A stretch of DNA of 64,000 nucleotides from Octopus sinensis (taxonomy: Eukaryota), in assembly GCF_006345805.1 (NCBI RefSeq), contig NC_043002.1, positions 20,336,001 through 20,400,000 of the forward strand, written 5' to 3'. A model generated the notes under the pieces. That model was not told the origin of the DNA. It made no database searches and worked only from the letters and a program-made list of their open reading frames with translations. Shown in pieces: positions 27,514 to 38,833 of the stretch. Each line of letters begins with the position of its first letter. Position 1 is the stretch's first letter. A program made the position numbers and the translations under genes.

Positions 27514-27831
27514 TTTACTCTTTGAATTTTTGATATTTGTATAAGTAAATTTTAAATATTTGACCATGGATATCATTACCATTGTGTTAACATCACACCT
27601 ACTTTTCTATGCTTACAAGGGTCAAATGACATTTTCTATGGCTGGATGCCCTTTCTGTTGCCAACACTAGCTTGTTCCCAAGCATGGTAATATTCTTCCA
27701 TGAACAGATATGGAAATGAGGGACATGAGTTGTATGACAGTGATGTTCATTTATAACTATCACATAATATTAAGACAAAGTGACTCAAATTCACACACAC
27801 ACACCATTCATGGAAAATAGACATATGTATG

Positions 27832-27866
<35 letters not shown>

Positions 27867-27868
<2 letters not shown>

Positions 27869-28298
27869 TGGTTGTATACTGTCAACACAACGTGACAGTC
27901 CTGTAAAGGGAATCACACCACCGCTATTTAGCCCTAGGAAGCCTCGACGCTTCCTGTTGGCTTTGACACATTTCCTGTGTCCTTATATTTGCAAAGGGGA
28001 GACAAGCACCCCCACCAGCTAGGATTAGCACCTGGAGACATGTTTCTGGGTCTTGCCTGTCATCAGTCCAAGGTAGCAAGTCCTGCTAGCTGAGATGGCT
28101 GCGACCTCTTTGCAAATATATAATATTTTCAGTGAAATTTATTCACTGGTTACCAAAATTAGAAGTATTGAATTTCTAAATGTCTCAGTCCCATAAAGGG
28201 AATCACAGGACTGTCACGTTGTGTTGACAGTATACAACCACTATATCGCTGCACCACCGCTCATGTCTCTCTGAGACATTTAAAAATTCAATATTTCT

Positions 28299-28300
<2 letters not shown>
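27867..28300 (-). mobile_element. Structured hammerhead-bearing element (retrozyme or Penelope-LTR-like)
   Basis: 38-bp perfect inverted repeat (27867-27904 / 28205-28242), 30-bp IR (28158-28188 / 28271-28300), internal direct repeat and several nested hairpins around a hammerhead core. Confidence 0.65.
28030..28074 (-). ncRNA. Type I minimal hammerhead ribozyme (stem II decayed)
   Basis: Minus strand ACCUUGGA-CUGAUGA-CAGG CAAGA CCCA-GAAA-C AU-GUC-UCCAGGU: intact core, palindromic stem III (ACAUGU), GUC site, 7-bp stem I with one bulge. Stem II is restored to CGGG/CCCG by reverting two CpG>TpG changes. Confidence 0.7.
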
Positions 28301-28330
<30 letters not shown>

Positions 28331-28730
28331 CGCACTCACACCCATACATACACACACACACACACACCTACACACACGTGAGAGGCTTCTTTCAGTTTTT
28401 GTCTACTAAATCCAAATCCACTCACAAGCCTTTGATCAGCTCAGGGCTATAGTAGAAAACATTTGTCCAAGGTGTCATGCAGTTGGACTGAGCCTGATCC
28501 CATGTGATTGGGAAGCAAACAGCTTAGTCACACGTCTAAATTATACTGCACTTTACAACAACAGCGGATTGTTATAATCTAAATGTCATCTTAATCCTCT
28601 TTGCTTCATCTGTCTTAGCTTTATCAGAAAGCAGTTTGCTGAAAAAACGTAGACAACTAGAAATATTTAAATAACAAGTTCCAAATTCAGAATTAGAAGT
28701 AAAAAAAAAAAAAAACGTATGCTCTCTTAC

Positions 28731-28774
28731 CTTGGATATTTAGTCCATTCTCTTAAGTCCTTGTCAACAGACTC
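28731..28774 (-). CDS. Candidate 44-nt internal exon (ESVDKDLREWTKYP), unidentified
   Basis: Acceptor cttcattatttcttctag, donor AAG|GTAAGA, open frame phase 0 to 2. Confidence 0.45.
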
Positions 28775-28789
28775 CTAGAAGAAATAATG

Positions 28790-28808
28790 AAGATAATAAT
28801 AATAATAA

Positions 28809-28839
<31 letters not shown>

Positions 28840-28980
28840 AAGAAGAAGAAGAAGAAGAAGAAGAAGAAGAAGAAGAAGAAGAAGAAGAAGAAGAAGAAGA
28901 AGAAGAAGAAGAAGAAGAAGAAGAAGAAGAAGAAGAAGAAGAAGAACAACAACAACAACAACATCCTCCTCCTCCTCTCA
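28790..28980. repeat. Compound trinucleotide microsatellite (AAT)n(GAA)n(CAA)n(CCT)n
   Basis: Long pure (GAA)n at ~28812-28945; source of the poly-F, poly-S and poly-R ORFs. Confidence 0.95.
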
Positions 28981-28989
28981 ATGATAAGC

Positions 28990-29297
28990 TGGAGATGATT
29001 TTTAAAATGAGAATATCTGAAATAAACTCAACTGCTCTCACAAACAAGTATACTAAAAATGAACTCGACTGCTCTCAAAAATTACGTAAAAAAAAAAACG
29101 GGAAAATAACCCAGAAACCTTTTTCTGGTACTGGATTGATCCCAAAATCTAATCAGTTAGTGTCAATCACGAGGTCAAACATCCCTGAAAGTTTCATCCG
29201 AATCCATCCAGCGGTTCTTGAGATATCTTGTCCACGGACAAACACACAAACATGACTGAAAACAATACCTCCACCTTCACTAACGCAGCGGTAATAA
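28990..29297 (-). mobile_element. Helentron-associated non-autonomous element (HINE/DINE-1-like)
   Basis: rc begins ttattaccgctgcgttagtgaaggtggaggta (degenerate terminal palindrome), GT-rich short repeat, then aagaaccgctggatggattcggatgaaactttcagg, typical of this class. Confidence 0.55.
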
Positions 29298-29538
29298 CGA
29301 TCCTTTCTATAAGGCCTGAAATTTGTGGGAAGGGATTAGTTGATTACATTGACCCCCAGTACATGACTGGTACTTATTTTATCGAGCCCAAAAGGAGAAA
29401 AGGCAAAGTTGACCATGGCAGAATTTGAACTCAGAACTTAAAGACAGATGAAATGCCACTAAGCATTTTGCTCAGCATTGCTAATGATTCTGCCAGCTCG
29501 CTGCCTTAATAATCTCCTAATATAATAATGAGCATAGT

Positions 29539-29578
<40 letters not shown>

Positions 29579-30093
29579 CCAAAATCACAGAGCAGGTGAA
29601 AGAGTAGTGTAAGTGAAGGGAGAGGAAAGAAAATAGTAATTTAGTGAAGGAGAAGTAGTGAGAGTAATAGTCCTGACTGAGAGAGAGAGAGTGAGAGAAA
29701 GTAATAGCAATGAGAGAAAGGAAGTGGCAAAGAGCATGTTGTGTATCATCTGTTATACTCTCTCACAACATATGAATGAGAAAGAAAGGGGTGATAGATG
29801 AATAATAAAAAAATAGTGTTTCAACTCTGTGTGAGTATATGTCTGTGTATCTAAAAGGGAGGTATGTGAATGTTTGTGTGTGTGTGTGTGTGTGTGTAGG
29901 TACAATGGAAATGGGATGAACATTTATGCTGAAAAAAAACTCAAACAGTGTTTCAACTCTGAGTATATGTGTATGCATGTACAAGTGAAGTATGTGATTG
30001 TTTGTATGTGTGATTATTACGTATCATATTTTGTACCTTATTTATATATAAAATACTACAATTAGCCATAATTTTTGATGGTACAGGGTCAGC

Positions 30094-30134
<41 letters not shown>

Positions 30135-30365
30135 TGATGATGATGATAATAATCCTTTCTACTAAAGGCACAAGGCGTGGAATTTGCAAGGAGGGAGTAA
30201 GTCAATTACATCGACCCTAGTACTCAACTGGTACTTAATTTATTGACCCTGAAAGGATGAAAGGTAAAGCTGACCTCAGCGGAATTTGAACTCAGAACAT
30301 AAAGATATACGAAATGTAGCTAAGCATCTTGCCCAGTGTGCTAACAATTCTACCAGCTCACCACC

Positions 30366-30401
<36 letters not shown>

Positions 30402-30757
30402 TGCTGGATCATAGATATAGCATGCCCAGCTGACAACAAAGTATGCAATAAGGAAGAAAGAAAAGACGAGAGATATGACAGGTTAGCTTGGGAAGTTAAG
30501 CAGTTGTGGTCGATGAAAAAGGTAGCAGTAATGCAAATAATTGTCGGAGCCCTGGGAACAGTGAGCAAAAATCTTGAGAAGTACGTGGGACAAATAGGGG
30601 CTGTAATAAGGGTAGAGCACTTGCAGAAAACAGCACTGCTTGGAACCGCTCGAATACTCCGGAAGGAGCTCGAAAAATAAGAGGTGTTACCTTAGTTCAC
30701 TGGTAGTGAACAGCTGACGCTGTAGTACATCTCCAGCATTAGAAGCTGTGCAAAGGC
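30402..30757 (+). mobile_element. 5'-truncated R4/Dong-clade non-LTR retrotransposon (restriction-like endonuclease C-terminus)
   Basis: Open frame 30402-30680 CWIIDIACPADNKVCNKEERKDERYDRLAWEVKQLWSMKKVAVMQIIVGALGTVSKNLEKYVGQIGAVIRVEHLQKTALLGTARILRKELEK*, short 3' UTR, (AAT)n on both sides. Confidence 0.85.
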
Positions 30758-33700
30758 AATAATAATAATAATAATTTAAAATTTTGGCAAAAGGCCAGCA
30801 ATTTGGGGACGGGATAAATTGATTACATTGACCCCAGTACTTAACTGGTACTCTGAGAAGATGAAAGGCATTGTTCATAGCTTCTGTGAAGAGTTTTGGG
30901 GGTTACAGAGAAGCAAGGGAGGGCCTACAGTCTGTGGATAGTTGACAAATAGCATCTCATACGGGAGCCTCATGCAAATAAAGGTGTCCATTAGCATTTC
31001 CTGTTTGTTCACAATGCTGAAACATTAGGTCATTGTTGACCTTACTAAGTTTACCAAAAGTACACAAACTGCCATTATGTGAAAACTTCTCTTTTGCTAC
31101 ATTGGCTTAAAATATACTCCTCCATTCTGAAGGACCAACTTGAGAAATTTAAATAGCTATGCGTTAATGACTTGGAGTGAAATTGTCAGTGCTGAAGGTT
31201 AATAAGAACTAAAGTTGTCAGTTTTAAGTTGGTAATTAGGTGGTTCTGCAATTAATTTATCTTTAATTCATTAAGTTGGTGAATAATTAACTTAATTACT
31301 TATTGGTGGTTTGACAATGAGTTGGTAAGTGATGAATTGGTACAATACCAATATTTTTTAAGCAATTAAATACTCTATTATTATTTTTTGTTTTGCTTTT
31401 TTTATTTTGAATAAAAGAATTTTTCAATTTCAGGCACAGGCATGGTTATGTGGTTAAAAAGCTTGCTTCAGAACCATGTGGTTTTGGGTTCAGTCCCACT
31501 GTATGACGGTCCCAAGCTAACCAAAGCTTTAAGTGGATTTGGTAGATGGAAACTGAAAGAAGCCCATTGTAATGTTGAGCTTCGCAGAGGAATAACAAAG
31601 GGCCGAGATGATTAGTGATTTGATGTGTTTCAGAAGACCTGGCCATTTAAGTAAAATTGAGGCCATAAAAGCATGTCCTTAATGTCCATGCCCCTGCACT
31701 CAATCTGTCCTTAAGAAACCTCTCCCCAACTACCCATCTTCCTAACACCTGCCCCTCACTCCTCCTGTGTTCACCACTCACTACATTCCCCTTACCCTCC
31801 ATCTTTCACTCTTCTTTTGTAGTCTCTTGAACTTACCCACCTAATCACCCTATCTAATATATGGGTCCATTTACATACACCACCTTATGACTGGAGAGTA
31901 TGCCCATCACATCTTCACTATCTTACCTTTCTCCTCTTTCTCTCCCTTTCTCTTCTCTCTCTCTCTCTCTCTGAAGTATCTTCTGTACTGCATGACACCT
32001 ACTTCTACTCCTCTATTCATACTCTAAACCCCTCATTTCCTAGCACAAAATCACCTCCTTTACTACTATTCCCACCTCAGTTGAGGGGTCTTATTTTACA
32101 AGTTACTAGATGATCTCACTGCAGTTGGTGTCACATAAAAAGCACCCTGTACACTCTGTAGAATGGTTGGCATTAAGAATGGCATCAATCTGTAGAACCC
32201 ATGCCAAAGCAGACATTGGATCTTGGCAGTCCCAGTCAAACTGTTCAACCCATGCCAGCAAGGAAGAGCATTAATGATGATGGTGATGATGATGATATAT
32301 ATGTGTGTGCATGTGTGTTTGTGAGTGTCCTTGCTTTGAAATTACATGATGGTTTTAAAAAAGCACCATCATCACACAAGTGATGTTGCTTGTTTCTAGT
32401 TATCTGTGAAAATATGACCATGGGATAATATTACATTGTTTGGAAACAGGAAGGGCATCCAGCTGTAGGAAATCTACCTCAACAAATTCAATCTGACCCA
32501 TACAAATATGGAAAAATGGGCATTAAATGATGATAAATTCATTTCCTTTCACCGCTAAGAAGTTCAATTTTTTTAGAGTTAGTTAATAAGACAAGTAAGG
32601 TCAGCAATGAGTAGGTATCAATTAGTTGAATTAGACCTTGTATGCATGCTCTTATATAAACATGTATATTGTTGATCGTTGCCAGAGCAGCTAACTGGCT
32701 TCCATGCCAATGGCATGTAGGAGGCACCATTTGAGCGGGATCGTTACCAGCATCGCCTTACTGGCACCTGTGCCATTAGCATGTGTAAAAATTTGAGCGA
32801 GGTCGTTGCCAGTACTGCCTGACTGGCCCACGTGCCGATGGCACATAAAAGCTCTCACTACACTCTTGGAGTGGTTGGCATTAGGAAGGGCATCCAGCTG
32901 TAGAAACTCTGCCAGATCAAGACTGGAGCCTGGCACAGCCATCTGGTTCGCCAGCCCACAGTCAAACCGTCCAACCCATGCTAGCATGGAAAGCGGACGT
33001 TAAACAACGATGATAATGATGATGATTGTCCATTCTGTCATGTGACCTGATATATGGAGATAAGTCACAATTTTCATCCATCCTTTCACATGACACAATT
33101 CGCTGAACAAATACAGCCTCAACTTTTGGCTGATCCTCTGATCTTGAGACCAGCTTCAACCAACTGATGGCAAATTAAGTCATAATCTTTCCTTAAAAGG
33201 AGCAAATTTTTCCAACTGCAGTCAGTGTCAACATAAATATAGCATAGCACAGAACTTCGAAACGTGGAGTAGATAAAACAGGGGACAACTGAAGGGAATG
33301 TTCTTTATGTCGCCTGTCTCATTTCTCTATTTGTTTCTTTCATTGTTCGAAAAAAAATTCGTTTTCTATGTTTTTGTTTTTTATGTTCTCATTTCTCATT
33401 TTGTTGATGTTTTTTCGTATGTCCTGTACCCATATATGCATATATATATATATGTATGTATATGTGCATATATTTATATATTATTTATATCATTATATGA
33501 TCAAATGCCACGCCTCCATTTTCAAGTATACATATATATAAATATCTGTGTGTGTGTGTGTGTATATATATGTGTGTATATATATATGTATGTGTGTGTG
33601 TGTATGTGTGTGTGTATATATATATGTATGTATGTATGTATACCTTTTTATTTAATCACTTGCAATTTAAACCACATATAAGTAAGAATAGAAATATTTT

Positions 33701-33869
33701 TCATCCTGTAATCATGTATTTCTACAAATGCAAACTTTAATTAATTAACCTAATGTGATTATTGATAATATCTCTGTTGCCACAAAGATGAACATCACTT
33801 AACATAAGAACATAATTTTTTGCAACAAAATCGAATGTGTACATAAAAGGATTTGTTACACTTACTCAG

Positions 33870-33918
33870 CCTGGAGGAAGGTGTGGTGCCCAAGGTCATC
33901 ACGGGTCCTCTTGAGCTG
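33870..33918 (+). CDS. Candidate 49-nt internal exon (LEEGVVPKVITGPLEL), unidentified
   Basis: Acceptor tgttacacttactcag, donor CTG|GTGAGA, phase 2 to 0, compatible with 9305-9423. The opposite strand also has an open frame with a GTAAGT donor, so strand is ambiguous. Confidence 0.3.
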
Positions 33919-33939
33919 GTGAGATTGATGCTTTACAAA

Positions 33940-35200
33940 TCAGGTCATTAAGAATGAAATGTCTAATTTTCTTAAGCACCAAGTTTGACAGTCATTAACT
34001 CTAATGTTTTATCCTGACAATTCTTTGTTTCACAACATTGAAAAGTTACATCATTACTTTTCAAAATGCAATTCATGGTATCTGATTATATTGTGAGTTT
34101 TCTCTTGTAAATTAAATTTTGTGAACCCATAGAAGGATAAAAAATCCGTGTTGTTTTAAGAATATGAGTTCTGTCGTGGAACCAATGCATCCCAGACAGT
34201 TCGAAACATCAATGAGGTATTTGGTGAAGATGTGGTGAATGAGAGCATTGTATGTCAATGGTTTGAGAAGTTCTGATGTGGTGACTTTACTCTTGAAAAT
34301 CAGCCCATGGTAGACCTGAGACCAAGGTGGATAATGATGAGCTGGAAACTGTAGTTGAAGTGGATACCTCTCAAACTACGCATGAGTTAGCAGCAAAGTT
34401 TGATGTTTCAATTCCAACTGTATTGGACTATCTGAAACAAATCAGCAAGGTAAAGAAGCTGGATAAGTGGGTACCACACGAACTGAACGAGCATCAAATG
34501 ACACGTCGTCTTGAGGCATAAAAGTGAACCATTTTTGCATTGTATTGTTACATGTGTTGAAAAATGGATTCTTTTCAATAATAGCAAGAGTTCTGCATGA
34601 TGGTTGGATAGAGACAAAATGCCAAAACACAATCCAAAAAAGAATATTCCCCCCAAAAAGTTAATGGTGTCTGTTTGGTGGTCCACCACTGGTGTCATCC
34701 ACTACAGCTTCATGAGACCTGGTAAGTCAATTACAGCAGATGTATACATCAACCAATTGGATGAAATGATGAGTGAACTTGCAATTAAACAACCGAAATT
34801 GGTCAATAGAAACAGGCTGATTCTCTTGCAAGACAATGATTTACCACATGTTGCACAAAGAATGCTACTCAAGTTACAGGAACTGAACTTTGAAGTACTC
34901 TATCATCCACCTTTTTCACAGACCTTGCACAATCTGACAATCACGTTTTCCAAGCATTAGAAAACTTTTTGCAAGGAAAAAATTTTAAATTTGAAGAAGA
35001 TGCAAAAACAGCCTTTCCTGATTTCATCACCTCTTGCTCTCCAGAACTCTTCACTGCAGGCATAAATAAGCTACCAATAAAATGGCAAAATTGTTTTGAT
35101 AATTTAGGTGCATATTTTGATTAACTGCATGACTTTTTGCTGAGATAAAATAAATTAAACTTTCGGTTCAAAATCAGACATTTCATTCTAAATGATCTGA
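33940..35200 (+). mobile_element. Near full-length degenerate mariner
   Basis: TIRs tcaggtcattaagaatgaaatgtctaattt / aaatcagacatttcattctaaatgatctga; motifs KWVPHEL, QDNDLPH, YHPPFS; frameshifted transposase. Confidence 0.9.
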
Positions 35201-36688
35201 TATTTCTCATGAACCACTGGAATTTAACACTTGAAGAAAAAATATGATTTGGGAGGTAATTCCAAAGGTCCAGTGTTCTGAGACAGAAGGCCTGTACAAA
35301 GTGAATAGTATAGGGCCTGAGAGGTTAGTTACAACAACAATGGGAAGAGGATAGGTGTGTGAGTCAGGAATGCCTGAATGAATATAGCATGAACTCAAGC
35401 AACTCTGAGGAGCAGAGGCCATCATGGAAGAGACAGAAAAAAACAGAGAGAAGAAACTCTACACTTCTACACCAGAAGCTGGAGCATGTCTCTGAATGTT
35501 TTTATGACAATAACTTGTGTGACTCTTTCCAATGCATAACCCTGAGCTGACCAATGCCCTGTGAGTGAATTTGGTAGATGGAAACTATGTAGAAACTCAT
35601 CACATTTATATATATATTTATGTGTGTGCGTGTATGTGTGTTTGTACTCTCCACCACTAGACAACTGGTGTTGGTTTGTTTGTGTCCTTGTAACCTAGCA
35701 GCTCAACAAAAGAAACCACTAGAGTAAGTATCAAACTTTAAAAGGAAATATGTACTGGGGTAGATTTGCTTGACTAAACCCTTGAAGGTGGTGTCCCGGC
35801 GTGGTCACAGTCCAATGACTGAAACAAGTAAATGATGTATAACACACACACACACATACACACACCAAGACATACACATCTAACATAAGCCAGGTAAGGA
35901 ACATCAACACCGTTGCTTGACCTGCTAGATATAGCAGTCAAAACTGCTTCAAATCATGCCCTACCACCTTAAAACAAGGAAGAAGTCATTGGGCAATATA
36001 GTCTCTGCTACGCAAAAACATGCAATGATCATACGTAGAATGCATCTGACCAGACTGACCAGGGACTAAACAACCACAACACACACAAGTATCTGAGCTA
36101 AACTGAAACAGACCATTTTTTTGTTGTATCATAAAAAACAATAAGTAAATAAAAATAGTACAAATCGGAAAAGCGAAATGAAAGTGAAAAATTATAGTTT
36201 GCAGCAAACAAGCCAGTGGAACTAATCAATTGTAGCAAACGAACAGGTAGGAATGTAAGTGAGTGAGTGTGCCGCAAGATTGCTTCTGGCAGATGAGAAG
36301 TGACATTTTATATGACCTCAGAAAGATGAAACAGTTCTAATTTGCTTTTTTTTTTTGTTGTTGTTGTTATTGTTGTTCTTTGTTTCTTTTAATGAGAAGT
36401 GGTGAGAGCTTAAAAATAAACCTTGTCCCTTCTCGTAGTCTCCTCCTTATTCCATGACTTGTTAATCATATTAAATTCCTTGTGTGTGTGAGTTTGTATG
36501 TATGTGCTGCATTGCAAAAAATGTTAAGTATACATACATATGTAAGAGCTAAAATGTAGACACGAGAGGAAAAAGTACTCAATACATGTGATACAACTCA
36601 TTTATTTATTCAAAGTCAGAATTTTCCCTCCATTGCTAATCTGAGTCTCTCATTTTCATTTCCCCCTCTGAATATATACACACACATA

Positions 36689-36727
<39 letters not shown>

Positions 36728-37679
36728 AAGTATATAATCCTCCAATCCTGCTGTCCCCTACCCATCTCTCCTCCTTCCACATGACTTGTGTCCAGCCAGC
36801 CATGATCTTTCTTTCTTGGCCTGACTGCTGACCATCAACATCTCCTATCTTCTTGCCTTTAGGCTTTCACTTCATACACGCCAGCTCAATTTGAATCGTT
36901 CACAGTCAAAAGACGCCTGTTGTTATCTTTTGTTGTTGTATTCATAATTGTGTACCATGTCCTCGTTTTTTCTTGTTTGTTTGTCTTTTCATCTTTGTTG
37001 CCATACACATTCGCTAGCTTTCTTACAAAGGAGTCTAATGCTCTTAGCTTAGACTTTTTTGGGGACAACTAGATCGAACCTTCTCAAGTGTAACTGTCCG
37101 AAACAGTCATGACTTCTGGTACTTGACTGATGAAAGAAAGCCAAGAATGACCCGTCTTTTTTTGCCTGTCCTTCTAATTGTTGTTTCTTTTGTCTGCCCT
37201 TGTGTCATCTATCTGTCCGAACGTTTTAATGCCTTCTATTGCGTTTTTGTTCCATTTATATATACATACATACATACATGCACACAAACATGTAAATATA
37301 TGCACATGCATGTGCTCACACACACACACATACAAGTAAGTGTATGTATGCTTGCTTGCATGTATTAGTGAATTGCAGATGGAATTGCACAACACTTCAT
37401 CATGGATAGGTGCTATGCCTAAGCTTATTTTTTTGAGAAAAAAAAACATCAGAATCTATATGAAACGCATGTAAAAAGTGAATGCTGTATAGCAATAAAA
37501 CAGAACCAGACTTTACAGAATTCAGCAGTGATTTGAAAGAAAAAAAGTATATATACACACATGGTGGCTGCCCCCTCGTTATCAAGTATGGCCATTGCAT
37601 GAAGCTTAATCAATGTTGTTATTGTGCAATGCCTGTGCAAAAAGATTTTTTTTTAAAGTGGGGAAAGGCTGTGCACTGA

Positions 37680-38060
37680 GTCAATCTCACTCACTAAGCA
37701 ACAGCAGCCATAATCCAAAAAGAAGAACAAGTCAACATCATCAGTAACCACTGAGCCGCAGGTTTTATGTCGGAGTTATCCCAGTTATCTTCTCCTAGAA
37801 GGATGCCCTAACAAAGGCTAGGAGTCCTTCACTCCCAATGGTTTAACCACGCAATCGGGTATTCAGTCCGATTATTTCTATGTCCCTGCGCATGATACAA
37901 CCTTAAGACATTTATCGGATGGCCATTGACTCTCAAGAGTTCCTCCGCCCTTTGACGGGTTTTGTTTTTCATCCCGCAGGGTGTCCAATAAACACCATCC
38001 TCACCAAGCAAGCTTGGTGGGGTTGCTGGTTTAGTCGCTGACAGCCCAACCATGCAACTG
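37680..38060 (-). mobile_element. Probable RTE-clade LINE 5' UTR fragment
   Basis: GC-richer island. rc contains gggcatccttctaggagaagataac...actccgacataaaacctgcggct, resembling RTE-type 5' regions. Confidence 0.5.
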
Positions 38061-38130
38061 GTAATATATACACACATACATACAAACACATGTAAATATA
38101 TGCACATACATGTGCTCATACACACACATA

Positions 38131-38439
38131 CATGGTTCTCAAAGTGGGCAGTATTGCCCCTCTGGGGGTGGTCGAAGGTTCCAAGGGTGGTGTTGAAGAA
38201 AAGTGGAGCGATAATGGGTTAGTGATTCATGTAAAAAAGTGGGGTGATAATGGGGTAGCAATTCATGTAAAAACAACAAGATAATGGGTTCATTAGCCTA
38301 AGTTATATTTGTGAAATAGTTGCTTTGAATTTGCTTCAGAAAGGGGTCTTTGTTTGTGATTGTTAGCTGGGGTGGGGGCGCTAGGAATGTGGCATGGGTG
38401 TCAAGGGAGCGGCAGTCCAAAAAAGTTTGGGAACCACTA
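38131..38439. mobile_element. hAT-type MITE
   Basis: Ends catggttctcaaagt / agtttgggaaccacta (CAGTGGTTCYCAA-type TIR). Confidence 0.65.
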
Positions 38440-38447
38440 CCCTACAT

Positions 38448-38833
38448 CAATGATTCTCAACCATTTTTTACTTATAGACTCTTGATTCCTATTCTATTCT
38501 GGTGGACCTCCATAGCCATTTGATGTTTAAAAACTAGTTTTATAGAAACCTCTTTCAAAATTCCTATTTTGTTAATCACACATTCACTTTTATAAGTTGG
38601 ACTATGTAAAGCATTTGAGAAAGAAATCTAGCTGTTTCTGGCAATAAATACATTCTTTTATTCTTTTACATTTCAGCCCGAATGCTGGAGCACCGTCACA
38701 TCTGAAACAATATCTTTTCACGGTCACTTAACATACTACTAAGCATCTCCACTTTACTATTTTACTTGTGTGAACCCCCAAAAATCTTATATGGATCCCT
38801 TGGTGTCATATGGATCCTGGTTGAGAATCACTG
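38448..38833. mobile_element. hAT-type MITE
   Basis: TIRs caatgattctcaacc / ggttgagaatcactg; 8-bp flanks ccctacat / ccctatac (6/8). Confidence 0.75.

Noticed and set aside
37085-37150. Hammerhead from gaaacagtc...ctgatga
   Set aside because: Stems I and III cannot be formed in a valid topology.
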